A stretch of DNA of 64,000 nt, taken from positions 1 to 64,000 of the forward strand of contig JAKMXF010000044.1 of the NCBI GenBank assembly GCA_024704765.1, given 5' to 3'. The translations under genes were made by a program, and so were the position numbers. A model generated the notes under the pieces. It made no database searches, was not told the origin of the DNA, and was given only the letters and a program-made list of their open reading frames with translations. This DNA is from Oopsacas minuta. Its lineage: Eukaryota; Animalia; Porifera. Of the stretch, positions 38,819 to 51,345 are shown piece by piece. Within the stretch, counting starts at the first letter, position 1, and each line of letters starts with the position of its first letter.

Positions 38819-41800
38819 GACCCGAATCTCCATTTGATCATAAAGATGTGATTTCTTCTGTAATAAAACAAGTTGATAATTCTCAGGATGTAGATTTTAG
38901 CACGATTAATGAGGATTCTATATCACATTCCAAAGATCGTAATGAATCTTCATTTTTTTTCCTCGATGCAGAAGAACCCGATATCAAAGCCTTTGAGTTG
39001 CCTGGTGTTGTTTTATTATTTGGGAAGCTTCGTTTTTATAAGGATAATCATCAACCTTTTGATAAAAAACCAATTGATTGTTCATGTTGTTGCGTAGTTC
39101 AAGATATTCCCCGTATTGTGTATCTGTTACCGAAGAATCCCTATTCTAGCGACAACTTTGTGACATGTTATGAGGAGTTCAATCGCATTGCCAACACCCT
39201 CCATATTTTGGAGTTTTCATCTCGCATAGTTAAAAAATCTGTTTGTTTTACATTTCATGATATTCCTTCTGGGTCAGACTTTTTAGAAATTCGATATTCA
39301 AGACAATATCCGAATATCCCAAACGACCTTGTATGTGATTCATTTTTTTGTTTCTCAAATACAACCGAAAACGTTTTAGAAACTTTGCTAGTTCATAATG
39401 GGATAAAAGGTCCATGTTGGCTCAGTTTGTTTGACTTTACCATATTGTCTTCAAATACATTTTCCTGTTGTAAAATAACTCTTTCGTTGCGGGGCTTACA
39501 CAATATAGTTGTTCAATCCTTTCAACCATCACCTCCAAAATTTCTTGCTTTGAGCTTATGTATTAAATACATAGAGTCTAATATTCCTGAATCTAATAAA
39601 GAGATTGTGATTCTAGCTTATTGTATCGATAAAAATAGACAAATAGAGGATGCAACATTGAATGATTCTTTCGGTCCTTATATTATTAACATATGCGATA
39701 TTTACAAAGATCCTGCTCTAGCACAAAAAGAAAATATGAATATTGACACTGTCGGAAAGGATATTACTATTCTTTTTCACGAAGATGAAAATTCACTATT
39801 GATGCATTTTAGTGATCAATTATATTCTCTTAATCCCGATTTCATTTTTGGATATGATACGAATTTTTGGCTTGACCTCATTTCTGCAAGATTACAAGTT
39901 CACCACATTCGTAAGTTCTCTTTTATTGAGAAGCTCAAACGCAAAACATACAAATTTTCCAGGAAGACTTTTCATACCACTATATCTTTCGGACGTGTGG
40001 TTTTCGATTTATGCCATTCATCAAAAGAATTTATTAAACTCGATTATTACGATATTCCTTCCATTACATCCTTTGTATTTAACCGAAGACACTACACATT
40101 GAATCATACACAAGTTAAGGATATCTTTTTAGACTCTACTGATCGATTAAGAGATCTTGTTGAAAATGTGATTACTGAATCTGAACTAATATTGCTCTTG
40201 GAAAATGAATTAAATATTATTAAATTAGCTTATCAATTAACAATCCTTGCAGGAAATATATTATCTAGAACATTATTAGGTGGAAGAGCAGAACGCAATG
40301 ATTTTCTCTTACTTCATGCCTTCCATGCTAGGAACTATATTTTGCCACAAAAACATACTCTAATCGCACCTGAAAACAATTCAGAATTTTTGAACAAAGT
40401 AGATTCTCACAAAAAGAAGTCCACATTTTCTGGAGGTTTAGTATTTGAACCAAAAAAAGGTCTTTATAATACATTTACTTTAGTCTTAGACTTCAATAGT
40501 CTATATCCCTCGTTGATTCAAGAGTATAATATTTGTTTCAGTACAATTGATATCAACTCTACTGAGGATCCCTGCCTTCCACCAGGTAACAGCAAGAATC
40601 TTGGTGTAATCCCTCAGGAATTGCAGCTCCTTGTGAAAAAACGAAAAGAATTAAAACTTCAAATGAAAAATTTTTCTTTGAATTCATATGAATATAGTAA
40701 ATTGAATATTTGTCAGAAGGCCTTAAAACTAACTGCAAATAGCATTTATGGGTGCCTTGGATATTCTCATTCTAGATTCTTTGCTAGGTCTTTGGCTTCA
40801 TTAGTTACTTCACTTGGGAGAGAAGTATTATCCAGTACTAAATTCTTTGTTGAAAATCAGTTTGGGTTAGAAGTTATCTATGGCGACACTGATTCGATAA
40901 TGATAGATACAAAGCTTACGAATATTAATCAAGTTAAATCTCTCGGGAATCAATTAAAAACTAAAATAAACGATATACATAATTTGCTTGAAATAGACAT
41001 CGATTCCATTTATAGGCGTTTGTTGCTTCTAAGAAAGAAAAAGTACGCGGCTTTATCAGTTAACCTGTCTACTGATGGAATATATACTGAAATAATTGAC
41101 TTGAAAGGCTTGGATATCATCCGTCGTGATTGGTGTTGTATAACGAAAAAATGTGGCCGATTTGTCATTGAAACTATTTTAAACAACAATCATGACACTC
41201 TTGTTCAAAAGTTGCGTGATTATCTTTCAGCGTTCTCTGACAGAATTCGAAATGATTTAAGTGATATTGATGAATTTATCATATATAAAACTTTAAACAA
41301 GTTACCAGAAGAATATGCTGATTGCAATGCCTATCCACATGTCGCAGTTGCAAAGTGGCTAAAAAACAATGGCGGCATAACTGCAATCGGTCATGTAATA
41401 CCATATGTGATATGCAATGATGGAACTAATAGTAATCCGCTTCGAAGGGCATATCACCCTGATCGACTACGGAAATCCCTCGCAGCCTATGACTCACAAC
41501 TCTACATTGACAAGGAATATTATCTTTCTAATCAGATTTTCCCAGTAATCTCGAGGCTTTGTGCGCCACTTATTGATTCAAAGGTAATTTCTGAGTTTTT
41601 AGGCCTTCATTCAGTATCGTTGGCCAAAGAATGTGTTTTAAGTGAAAAGCAACGTAAGGGAACTTCCGATGCCGAATTATCACTCACTTGTCCCCATTGT
41701 AAAATACAATTTTTCTGTCTTTTACCCACTGTTTCTAACTCAGTTATTAGTTGTACAAATTGCCTTCTTGAGATTTGTTATCAAAATTTGTTGTTCGGTA

Positions 41801-42105
41801 TTGTATTGAACTTTCGTGAGCATATAAAGATGTTATATTTTAGAGAGCAGAAATGTACTGAATTCTTTTGTTCCTTTATCACTAAAGACTTAAATTTTAT
41901 CAATAATATTGATTCACCTTGTAGCCTATGTTTTAAATGTAATCAGGGCATTATGAAATCTATGTTACCAACCTTCTCCATATCTAAGAAACTTAATTCC
42001 TTAGGCACCTTTTACTCAAGTTTTCCATCACTTTTACAGAATTCTTATAATATTTTTTTGACGCATTCTAGCTTCAACACTGTATGTTTACTTGATTTAT
42101 TTTAG
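38819..42105 (+). CDS. POLA1: DNA polymerase alpha catalytic subunit (family B), main coding exon; the 5' exon(s) were not located
   Basis: The 1122-codon open frame has FFFLDAEE..PGVVLLFGK, GGRAERNDFLLLHAF, LDFNSLYPSLIQEYNICFST, QKALKLTANSIYGCLG, YGDTDS, KKKYAAL, KGLDIIRRDWC and two C-terminal Cys4 zinc sites. There is no in-frame ATG for ~330 codons. A candidate acceptor TTTTTCTAG|G lies at 38817-38818. Confidence 0.9.
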
Positions 42106-42312
42106 AAAATATCTTGAAATGTTATTCATTGATATTCATACTATTACCTATTCGTTCTTATTATATTTCTGTTCAATTTGAATAACAAGTTGAAAATATT
42201 TCACGATCTATCTCCTACGGAGTTTCTGAAATTATCTAATGGAAAAATCCAAGAACTTTGGATAATACCCCAAGAGTTGGTGCAAAGGATTGACTGGTCT
42301 GAAATAGTGGTA

Positions 42313-43616
42313 CAAGGGTTGTTCAATAAATAATGAGACTGTTTTTCACAATTTATATAGTAAACCTATGCTTATCATAATTGATGATCAAATGTTTCGA
42401 TAAATTCCCCCTTTAACTTTATACACCGTTTCCGTCGTTCTGGTAACTTTACCAGCCTAGTTATAAAATTCTTTAGGGGGTCCCTTTTTTCCACTGTCTT
42501 ACTTCATACTTCAGCCGTTTGAAATCCTCAAATCTCTTCCCTCGAAGAGGTCTCTTCATCTCTCCAAACAGCCAGTGATCGCTGGGAGCCAGGTCTGGAC
42601 TATACGGGGGTGAGAGAGGCATTCGAACCCTAAGTCCTCAATTGCAGCCATTGTCTTGGAGCTTACATGGGGCCTGGCGTTGTCATGTTGCAGCAATACA
42701 CCACGTGTCAACTTGCCTCGCCTCTCACATGTAATCACTTGACGCAATTCTTTCAATTCGTCAACGTAATAATCATTATTTATGGTTATCTTCTCAGGCA
42801 ACCAGTCGAGTGTAAAATTCCTTCCCTATCCCAAAATACTGTTGCCATTCTCTTCCCTGCTGATTTTGTGGCCTTTACCTTGATGGGTAGAGGTTCATCA
42901 AGGCTCTTCTACTGCTTCGATTGAGTTTTGCTCTCTGGTTCATAATAATAAACCAAGTTTCATCCCCAGTTACTATACGATGCAAAAGGTTTTTCTCTGA
43001 CTTGTATCTTGAAAGTAATTCTTTGGTAACTCTGACCCTTTCGCGTTTTTGTTCTTTTGAAATAAGTTTTGGGATCCAACGCGCAGTTACCCTCGACATT
43101 TCCAGATATTCAGTGATAATCGAGTGTAGTGTGGCTTTTGACATACCTACCCTCTCTTCTAACTCTCGCAAGGTTGTTCGTCTGTCCTCGTCCAAAATTG
43201 TTTGGACCCTCTCGATATTACTGCGGGTTTTTGAGGAAGTCGGACGACATGGACGAGGGTCATCGTGGAGTTCCTCATCGCAATTATCAAAACGTTCGAT
43301 CCATCTATATATGGTGGCTTTCGAATGACATTCATCACCGAAAATATCCTGTATTTGACAAAGAATGTACGAGCCAGTGTTCCCCTTTTTCGACAGGGAG
43401 CAAATTATTTTTAGTTTTCCTTCTCTGCTAAAATCCATTAGTTGAAAAAAGTAACCTATACAAATGAAACTTTATACTAAAGAATATGTTAGTAGAGTAT
43501 ATTGTATCGAAGTTTGACAATCAAGTTAGGCTTGTACTCTGATATTAGGCTTAGAGCTGTATTAACTAGAATATGAATTCGATACATTAGCCTCCTTACT
43601 TATTGAACAACCCTTG
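42313..43616 (-). mobile_element. mariner (DD34D) transposon, frameshifted
   Basis: TIRs CAAGGGTTGTTCAATAA with TA TSDs; 1304 bp. Motifs WIPKL, VTGDETW, QHDNARPH and (P)YSPDLAPSD. Confidence 0.92.
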
Positions 43617-44321
43617 TACTTGGCTTCCAATGAGTAGCAAATGGTAGAACACCAGGTGAATAATCAACACACTATATTATATCACATATAATGTGATTCT
43701 AGTTTTGCTACGGAGGTGAAACGGAAAAATTTTGATAATATGGTCCAGTGCTCCGCGGACCATTAGCTTATCTGGGTCTTGTCTCCAAAGATTTGAATTA
43801 TTATTATTATTATTATTACAGAGCGTTGCAGACCACTTATGTATGGTGAATAAGTATATTTTGAAAAATTTTAAGCGAATCATTATTATTAAGATAATTT
43901 ACTCAATCGTTTGTCCAGAATCTCTCAAATTTCTCAAATATTTGTTCTATACACAAATTTGAAATGTATGTGACGTTACCTCCAACAGAAACTACTTAGT
44001 TTTTGAATAGCCATATTATTCGGTCTGACCTGTGACTCCGCTCCTGTACGTTCCGGACCGGTTCTAAAACAACAGTACCTGTCTGATCCGGTCCGGGCAG
44101 TTCCTTAATTATTATGAACCGTCGCGACTCAAATAGCACAGTATTCCTGATATATATCAACAGTTAAATACTAATAGAACTTTAACACAACTAAGATGTC
44201 ATTTTGGCCAATCTTTAGGCAAGTTTTCATAAATAACTCGAATTTAGTGTTTTTGGGGTGATCGGCCAAAGGTGGAATAATTCTTGTTAATATGGCATCA
44301 ATACGTCTCTGCTTCAGTGTA

Positions 44322-45984
44322 CGAGTATTGGCTGAGAGGTTCTCGATCTTAACGAGAACGACTTTGACTATTGAGTTATTTAATAATTAGTTTTCAACAT
44401 AGTCTAGGCACTTTTCCCAACGGTGCTATAGTGCTTTAATCCCGACTGAAAAGAAAGATTCTTCCTATAGGTCAGTGTTTCTCAACGTCCGACATCGCAT
44501 TCTCCCTTATCGGCACCCAGGGTCTTCCATAGCTTCACTATCTTTGAATCATCATTATTCCTTAATTTTTGTAATAGTAATGAATAATTTACAGTCAATA
44601 CTGTTACCGAACAAGTATTAAACCTCATAAATATCAAACGCATTTCTATATTCGATGAATACTTCTATGTTTGGTGCTTAATTAATAATATTTGTTTAGA
44701 TATCATAATATAAATATTTGTCCAAGTTCTGAACCCGGCCAAGTTGAAATTAATTCACTAGATGAACCGGTCGTCAGTGACCCATTAGGTCTGGTGGATA
44801 ATCCTCGAACATAATCCTCCCCTGGCTAAAATTCCTCCCCAGGGGCGTCAAGTGGACCCCTTTGAGAATCACTGCTGTAGGTCTAATTATTCCTCAACAG
44901 CGGAGATGACGTCATTATCTGCATAATGGTTGCCAGCCAAGTGGTTTTTCATGTTAGGGAATAGATGATAGTCAGAAGGTGCCAGATCTGCAAAATATGT
45001 TGGGGTGACTAATTATTTCGAAACCGCATCCATGTATTACAGCCATCACTACTAGCGATTTGCAGTCAGGCGCATTGTCCTGATGGAACAACAAGCCATT
45101 CATCAGTCTTCCATAACAATTTGTTTTGGTGTTCTCACGTAGTTCCTTCATCAGGTTAAGATTGTATTGGCCATTTATTGTCTGACTCCTTTGAAAGGTA
45201 GTCCAGGAGTATTATTCCTTTTGAATCCCATTAAACTGAAGCCATTACCTTGTCAGCTGATGGAACAGTCTTTGCCTTCTTCGGAGATGGAGATGACGGA
45301 GGCTTTCACAGTTTAGACTTTTGCTTCGTCTCTGCTTCGAAGTTGTAGGTCCAAGTTTCTTCCATGGTTACAAATCGCTTAGAGAATTCGCAAGGATAAA
45401 CTAGAAGACGAGATAAGTTGTTACGTGTCATGTTGAACCTGACTCGTTTTCTGCCTGGGTTTAGAAATCTGGGAACCCATCGTGCTGAAACCTTTCTCAT
45501 ACGAAGTACCTCTGTCAACTATTCTCTACTTTCTTATGAGAGATCCCAACTATGCTGGATAGGTAGCGAAAAGTCAGCAGTCGATCAGCCATAAAAATAT
45601 CATGAACCATATGAACATTTTCTTGAGTGGAGGCAGTTGAAGGGCTCCCAGATCTTTGGTCATCTTCGAGGCTCCAGCTGCCCATTGCTTAACCGTCGAA
45701 ATGAAGGCGCATCGTCCCCCAAGGTTGACACCATATACTTATGAGTAACTGATGGAGTTAGACTCTGGATCTGTAGGTACTTGGTGACAGCACGCAGCCT
45801 AGTTGGCCATTTTCTTGAAAAATGTCTAGTCACTCACTGTGAAATTTGAAAATTTAGTATCACCTTGATAATATTTACATTCACAATGGAATGTTGAATA
45901 AGGTGAGACTTGGTAAATACAGAATTATACCGGCCTAGTATAATTCTTTCCTGTATAGGCTGAGAACTTTTCAGCCAATCCTCG
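44322..45984 (-). mobile_element. mariner transposon, decayed, interrupted by a hAT MITE
   Basis: TIRs CGAGTATTGGCTGAGAGGTTCTC / GAGAACTTTTCAGCCAATCCTCG with TA flanks. Motifs WVPRFL and VTMEETW. About 1250 bp remain after removing the MITE. Confidence 0.85.
44473..44874. mobile_element. hAT (Charlie-type) MITE
   Basis: TIRs CAGTGTTTCTCAA / TTGAGAATCACTG and an 8-bp TSD CTATAGGT/CTGTAGGT (7 of 8 identical). Confidence 0.85.
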
Positions 45985-47559
45985 TATATCGGGTAAACGC
46001 GTTTTTGTTACAAATCTCCATGACCGAATCATCTCCATAAAATTTATACTAAAACTTTCCGTTACTAAGGTCAGACACCGGTATAATTGGGGTCAAATCC
46101 GCTTATCTAATGGAAAATTAGTAACTCTAGCAAGTAGAAATTTCACTAGGCGTAAAATTATGCTCTGCAGATGGGCAAATTTCTGCAGAGCATAATTTTA
46201 CGCCTAGTGAAATTTCTTTTCTATTTACTCGTGATAATTGTCAACATCGTTTCACGCAATGCTCCACATGATCAACAAATTTCGAAGTTTATATTTGTTG
46301 GGAATGGTTCCACTATATGTTTTTTAAATTCCTTTAGAGCTTCTACGACATATAAGCTAAGTTGTATAGTACGCGTCTAATGTATAATACGTTATATGTG
46401 ATCTTTGAAAGTATTATACGCCAAGCTTAATTTCGAGATATGAGATTTTGACATTGTTAGACATGTTAAGTCACAATATTCAAGTAATATATAATTTGGT
46501 AAATTATGCTGAGATTACCCATTAATTCGAGAACTACTGTTTTGATGCAAATTATTTTTCACAGAATCAGCCTAATAGAAGTTACGTCACCTAAATTTAG
46601 ATTGAACGCTTAATACGTATTATAAGTAATACGTCTTCATTGAAAGACGTATTAATCAACTTAACTTTCATGGATAAAGAAACGTTGTTATATAGGATAA
46701 TAAATATGAATTCTCTTGTTAATTCTGAACCGCTTAAAGGTACAAAATGTCTGAAATAATGTGTCCCAAATAGGCAGAGTTTGCTATAATTCATTTAGTC
46801 TGCTTACAATTCAGCTTATAAAGAGACAAATTGTTTTCCAGAGGCAGCCGAAATTTCGAGAGTTGACTGTATTTGAGGAATTTTATTGAGTATGTTATTA
46901 TTGTGAGTGAAACATTTTTCCTTCTCTTTTCGGTCCTAATGAATTCATTCGTATTTATTTTATCATTTGCAATCTACATTCTAATTCTATAGGTTCAATT
47001 GAAGCACAATCATAAATGATGCATTCCTCCCACCCCTAAATCGCGCATATGGTTGGATTTTATTTCGTCCATGCTATTGTGGTGCTGTTAAACATTTTCA
47101 TGTATTCGTGTGGAGTGAAATATACCCAAATTTTAATCCACATTTTCTTTATCCCCAAACTTTAATTTTCAATCATCAAAATATAATTTCAGTTATCCAA
47201 ATAATTTTACTTATTCGAACACCATATTTATAATTCAAAGACCACATATTCGGAATGATGTGCTGTCAACCAAGCCTGTTTCGTAAAATTGGGTTATAGT
47301 TGCGGATTGGGGCAGCACAGATGTAGATATTTAAGTGAGTTCGAAAGTGCTCTCTGTTGCTTATATACCATTCATTGTACAAGTTGTTAGGCCTTATTTA
47401 TATTTCAATTTTAACCAACTTAGAATTGTGCTCTTATATAGATACTAATAGCCTTCTCTATATAGAGCCTAACATCAGATGTACCTTGTGATAGTTGACG
47501 GAATTATTATGATAGTATACTGGATGGTTACAAATCGCACAAACAATACGTTTATGCCC

Positions 47560-48770
47560 ACTGTCCAAGTATTAAAATGTGGATGAATTTATATACAGGA
47601 TATAATATAATGGAGTCGTGTAGTAGTAGTAGTAGTCCTAGTTCGTTCAGACCACTGTCAACAGATGAAGTTGGGGAACTCATTAAGATTCTAGCTACTA
47701 AACATTGACCCTATACCAACATATCATGTAAAATAATCTGTTGAAGTACTCCTTCCAACTATTACGAGGATTATCAGCAGCCAGTAACTTCTGGAGTTTT
47801 TCCAAGTAACTTAAATCATGAAGTTATCACTCCTGTACTGAAAAAGGATAAGCTAGACCATGAACCCTTCAGAATTACAGGCCAGTATCTAATTTCCGTT
47901 TTTGAGTATGTTAATTGAACATACAGTGTCATCTCAACTTCAATCATCCTTTGATGCTAACAATGCTGGAAATTAATAATCAATTGGCCTATGGAACGAA
48001 CCACTCTACTGAAACAGCGCTGATTCGTGTGCAGTGTGATATATTATAATATATGCAATCAATGATAACAAAGAGGTGGTACTTGTAATTTGCCTCCCGC
48101 CTTTGGTACCATTAATCACAATATTCTTTTTAATCGGCTCAGAAGCCTATATGGGCTTGATGGTTTAGCACTAAAGTGATTTGCTTCTTAACTTTCATAC
48201 CGCCAACCATGTGTTGCTTTTGGCCACTAAGATCAGAAAATCATTTTCTTAGTTTTGGTTCAGTAGAGGGCCTCATCGAGAGTTAGGTAACCCGCTCACC
48301 CCAAGTATCCATAGATTAAATTCCGTTCACCCAGGTGTATCAAGAACATGGAGATATCATCTTGATAAAGGTCAGATTTCGCGCACCCTATAAAAAATTC
48401 TCAAAAGTTCGATAAAGGCTCATGTGAATACAAATATTTTTCTATCTCAAAAATTATATTTCCAAACTATGCTACAACAGAATGACTGGTGCATGCTTTC
48501 ATAGTTTCTCGCTTGGATTTTTGTAATTGTTTACCCTATGGCTTACAAGATACTGAAATCAGAAAACTCCAGCGAGTTCAAGATTCAGCTGCGCACTCGG
48601 TTACTAGTGCCAGAGGTACGTTTGTTAATATCAATCCAATCTTATGTAGTCTGCAATGGTTACCTATACGTGTGTGAAATATTTTACAATCCATCTGTTG
48701 GTATTTACATCTCGTGTTAAATACTTAAATTAACTAGACTTACTTGAGGCACTAAGCTGTTATGCAGAGA
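47560..48770 (+). mobile_element. L2/CR1-group non-LTR retrotransposon fragment (RT region and C-terminus), internally deleted
   Basis: VITPVLKKDKLD..QNYRPVSN, HSTETALIRVQCDI and VHAFIVSRLDFCNCL...IRKLQRVQ..AA...PILCSLQWLP. Confidence 0.85.
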
Positions 48771-48798
48771 TCTAGCAAGGGAAGTGCACTAGTATACA

Positions 48799-49400
48799 TC
48801 TATATTATTTAATCTCAATTTGTTTCTGTGTGTTTGTCTTTCACCCCCCCATATAGAAAACTTATAGGTTCAGTTCATAAAGTCCAGAACCAAATCTTCC
48901 ATAACACAACAACAACAAAACAACATTGTACTGGTGAATCCGAATATGATTTTGTAACAACATGTTGTGAATATTTATTTACTTTACGTACATAAAGTAA
49001 AGAATTTTCAAAATTGTTGCAGAATCAGCTTTCAAAGGCTATACAGGGGTAATCGAGTATGCTGGGTCCAAATATGATATTGTAAAATCATATTGCTAAT
49101 ATTTGTATACTTTTCGGTACATAAATTAGACTAATTTCAAAAATGAGGTAGAATCATACTTTCAAAGGCTATAATTGGGAAATCGAATATGCTGAGACCA
49201 AATACGATTTCATAAATATTTATCTACTTTTAGGCACATAATGTAAGCATTTGAAATATTTTTGGGAGTATCATGTTTACTACGATTAAAATTATGAATT
49301 TATGCACTTTAGGGCCATAGGCCAGAGTACGGACACTAAGTGTTCGCAACTGTGTAGCACGAGCAAGCGAAAGCGTAGTTCACCTTGAAATAACAATCAT
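48799..49400 (+). repeat. three diverged ~130-bp tandem units in a probable non-autonomous Helitron-like element
   Basis: Repeated CTTTCAAAGGCTATA...TCGA(G/A)TATGCTG..CCAAATA(T/C)GAT. The 5' end is A|TCTATATTAT...TGTGTGTTTGTCT, and there is a hairpin CGGACAC-TAA-GTGTTCG near 49330. The Helitron assignment is tentative. Confidence 0.5.
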
Positions 49401-49520
49401 ATTTGAAAGTCGATTTATATGCAGATATTCGAAATAAGCATATAATTTCCTTTAATTATTGATAAGGGCGTTGATATTTAAAAATATGCATCTAAAACAG
49501 GGAGATGCAATAATGAATTA

Positions 49521-49669
49521 TAGTTGAACTCGGTTAAGACGTACAACATTAAACCCCAAAAATTATTATCTTTTCTTGTAAGACTCTATCGATTCGGATA
49601 AGACCTACACTCGTTAGTATGTACTAATCTAGGTTTCCCTATCGCGTAAGAATTATCCGAGTTCTACTA
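49521..49669. mobile_element. pogo/Tigger-like MITE
   Basis: TA-TAGTTGAACTCGG...CCGAGTTCTACTA-TA. Confidence 0.65.
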
Positions 49670-50149
49670 TATAACTCATTGTATGAGTCATTAGTTCGTT
49701 ACACTGTGGAAGAAATATATTTGAAATTATTTTCGTATTCATACTTTTTAATATCGGAAATATGAATTTAAGTAACAATTTGTATTTGTAATTATGTGCA
49801 AATGTATCTGTAGACGAAATACTGCATAGTTGTTAAGAAAACCAATTTCTGAAAAATAGATAAAAAACTTGGGAGGACTGTTCCTCCTGCTCCCCGTTAA
49901 TGACACCTAAAATTTATAGGGGACACATAACCACGTTTGTAAAATATTCTCCACAACAACGAAGGAATGTTGGACATTCACTTTCCAAATGTTCGGAATA
50001 TTGTCAGTTGACACATCACCTTTCTAAAAGATTGATGCTGAGTACGAATCTGATGGTCAAAATTGATTCCAAGAGAATTGAAAACGTTGTCGCCAGCCGC
50101 ATTTGAATAGAATTTTTGAAAGTCAATACGCCATATTTTATCTTGGGGA

Positions 50150-50900
50150 CACTGATTTTGGATTCAGCAGCTTCAAATTACCCAAAATCACTTGTCGCTA
50201 AAAATTAGCAACAAATTCCTTAGCACATCTAAATTTCAAGAAATGGATCCAGAATATCTATGACAATCTTGAATTGCCTGTTGTTGAAATCATGGGTTCG
50301 GATGAAGTTCAAGTCTTGAATCACAGCTGACATGATATCTTCAAACCTAATTACAGGGCATATTGGTGAATAATGAGGTGATACCTGATTGTTTCATCTG
50401 ATTCAAAAGCCGAAACTCCATCCATGCCAATTTAACTTATTCTCGAGCATGCCAAGTCAGTTTATGTACTGCTCCTATACTGGTGCCAATCATTGTAGGG
50501 CACCATAAGTAGTTATCCACTAGGTTCACTAACGTTCCACCTAATCCTATGTTTTCAAATCTATAGACTATTTCTGTTGCAATGTCCGCTCCGGTTGTGG
50601 TACTCATCATCGAGCCCATTTCTACCAATTCCTATGTAATTGCCAAGTTAGGTTTACTCGAAGAACAAAGATGAAAAACTGTGATATATCGGAAACATAT
50701 ATACATTCATCAAGTTCATGAGAAAATACTCGAAATTCTTGATAACAATTTTCAGGTGTTCTCTACTATCATCTCCATATCAACAGTTCACCTAGTGAAG
50801 TTTGGCGAGACAACTAACTTTTCCTTAAGGCCAAGTTCCACTGTACATGTCCAGCGTACATTTATTTGACAAATTCGCAATCTGAAAATGGTTTGCATGT
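50150..50900 (-). pseudogene. GTF2IRD2-like hAT transposase remnant
   Basis: FEYFS..LDE, ITxEL...SM.STTTGADIA, HLIIHQYAL and LNFIRTH..N.RQF across frameshifts. No termini were found. Confidence 0.65.
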
Positions 50901-51345
50901 TTCAACGATCTTCGGTGATATAATGTAGCTAGAGGGCAAAGCTTATTATTTATCAATTAAATACATAATAAGTGAATCTTGTTGACGTTTCAGTCCGTTA
51001 ATTAATTTGTTGAGTCTTTGTTTCCTGGCTTCTTCATGAAGTTTTTCAATATAATTTTTCTGCATTGTATCGTACACAGGGTAGTAGGAACCCCATGAAA
51101 AGTGGGGTGGATATACTGACTCATGGCCCTTCTAACTAACACTATTTCTTCCGAAAAGTGGGGCTTTTGACACCCCTGATCATATTGTCTGGATACGTTA
51201 CTCACTGTTAATGCATTTACCCTTTGAATAAGAGTGAAAAGAATCAGTTATCCTTTCTATTCTATGAAAAATACAATAATATGCACTCTTGTGTAAATAA
51301 CCAGCATTCATCTGTAACTAGTGAACATAATTCTAACACAAATTA

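Noticed and set aside
38737-42105. Polinton/Maverick or viral family B polymerase
   Set aside because: It has Pol alpha-specific motifs (RAERNxxLLLHxF, C-terminal Zn fingers) and no protein-primed PolB features. No integrase, capsid or ATPase genes or TIRs are nearby.
48900-49260. CRISPR-like array (also considered for 21080-21340)
   Set aside because: The units are ~130-155 bp diverged tandem repeats with no constant repeat and unique spacer pattern. The context is eukaryotic and no cas genes are present.
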